Shown here piece after piece: positions 36,177 to 36,281 of a DNA stretch of 36,281 nt. The notes beneath the pieces are model-generated. The model was given only the letters and a program-made list of their open reading frames with translations. It did no database searches and was not told the DNA's origin. Both the position numbers and the translations under genes were made by a program. This DNA is from Gammaproteobacteria bacterium RIFCSPLOWO2_02_FULL_56_15 (GTDB lineage: Bacteria > Pseudomonadota > Gammaproteobacteria > Eutrophobiales > Eutrophobiaceae), in contig MGYR01000135.1 in the NCBI GenBank assembly GCA_001801825.1, positions 1 to 36,281 of the forward strand. Direction: 5' to 3'. Within the stretch, counting starts at the first letter, position 1. Each line of letters starts with the position of its first letter.

Positions 36177-36281
36177 AAATATCACTCCTGACCAGTCAGG
36201 GTCAGCGTCTGTAATATAATCAAGAGCCGGATGTGTATCGACCAGCGAATAACGAACTCCATCATGATTCGGTTCCGGATG

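Noticed and set aside
1-36281. CRISPR arrays, IS elements or transposases, toxin-antitoxin pairs, and known defence-system signatures.
   Set aside because: I found no regularly spaced direct repeats, no transposase-, integrase- or nuclease-like ORFs, and no small paired ORFs of TA type on either strand.

Overview
This window looks like gammaproteobacterial chromosome at roughly 50% GC. About 26 kb is housekeeping genes and about 10 kb is a copper-efflux cluster.

Housekeeping part, left to right:
- An ABC-2 exporter operon (ATPase, permease, GldG-like partial gene).
- A HIBADH-family oxidoreductase, an M20 peptidase and an SGNH hydrolase.
- Two PEP-CTERM secreted proteins behind a 0.5 kb AT-rich gap.
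- uppP, a lipoprotein and a MidA methyltransferase.
- A folate block: pteridine-reductase-like SDR, folK and folB.
- plsY, then tsaD divergent from the macromolecular-synthesis operon rpsU-yqeY-dnaG-rpoD.
- A PilZ protein, ggt, xni, a decayed dinB, pdxH, sirB2 and a DUF4404 gene.

The strongest observation is just downstream of rpoD. An elongator-type tRNA(CAU), probably tRNA-Ile2, is split in its anticodon loop by a 236-nt ORF-less group I intron. The intron resembles the Azoarcus IC3 type.

The right third, all on the minus strand, reads: DUF2231 remnant, copA (TRASH plus two CPxxxxCPKCGM-type N-terminal modules), YHS remnant, cusC-cusB-cusA, then an intact His-rich DUF2231 membrane protein overlapping the cusA stop, a possible small ORF, and a ZIP transporter with no canonical start codon.
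- cusCBA is visibly more GC-rich than its flanks.
- CusB carries a tandem duplication of its N-terminal Met-rich metal site, and no cusF is present.
- Several decayed genes occur in the right 13 kb: dinB, the ZIP start codon, the DUF2231 remnant and the YHS remnant.

I saw no CRISPR array, transposase, integrase or recognisable defence system. All calls come from reading the sequence and the ORF track and from recalled family motifs. No searches were run.
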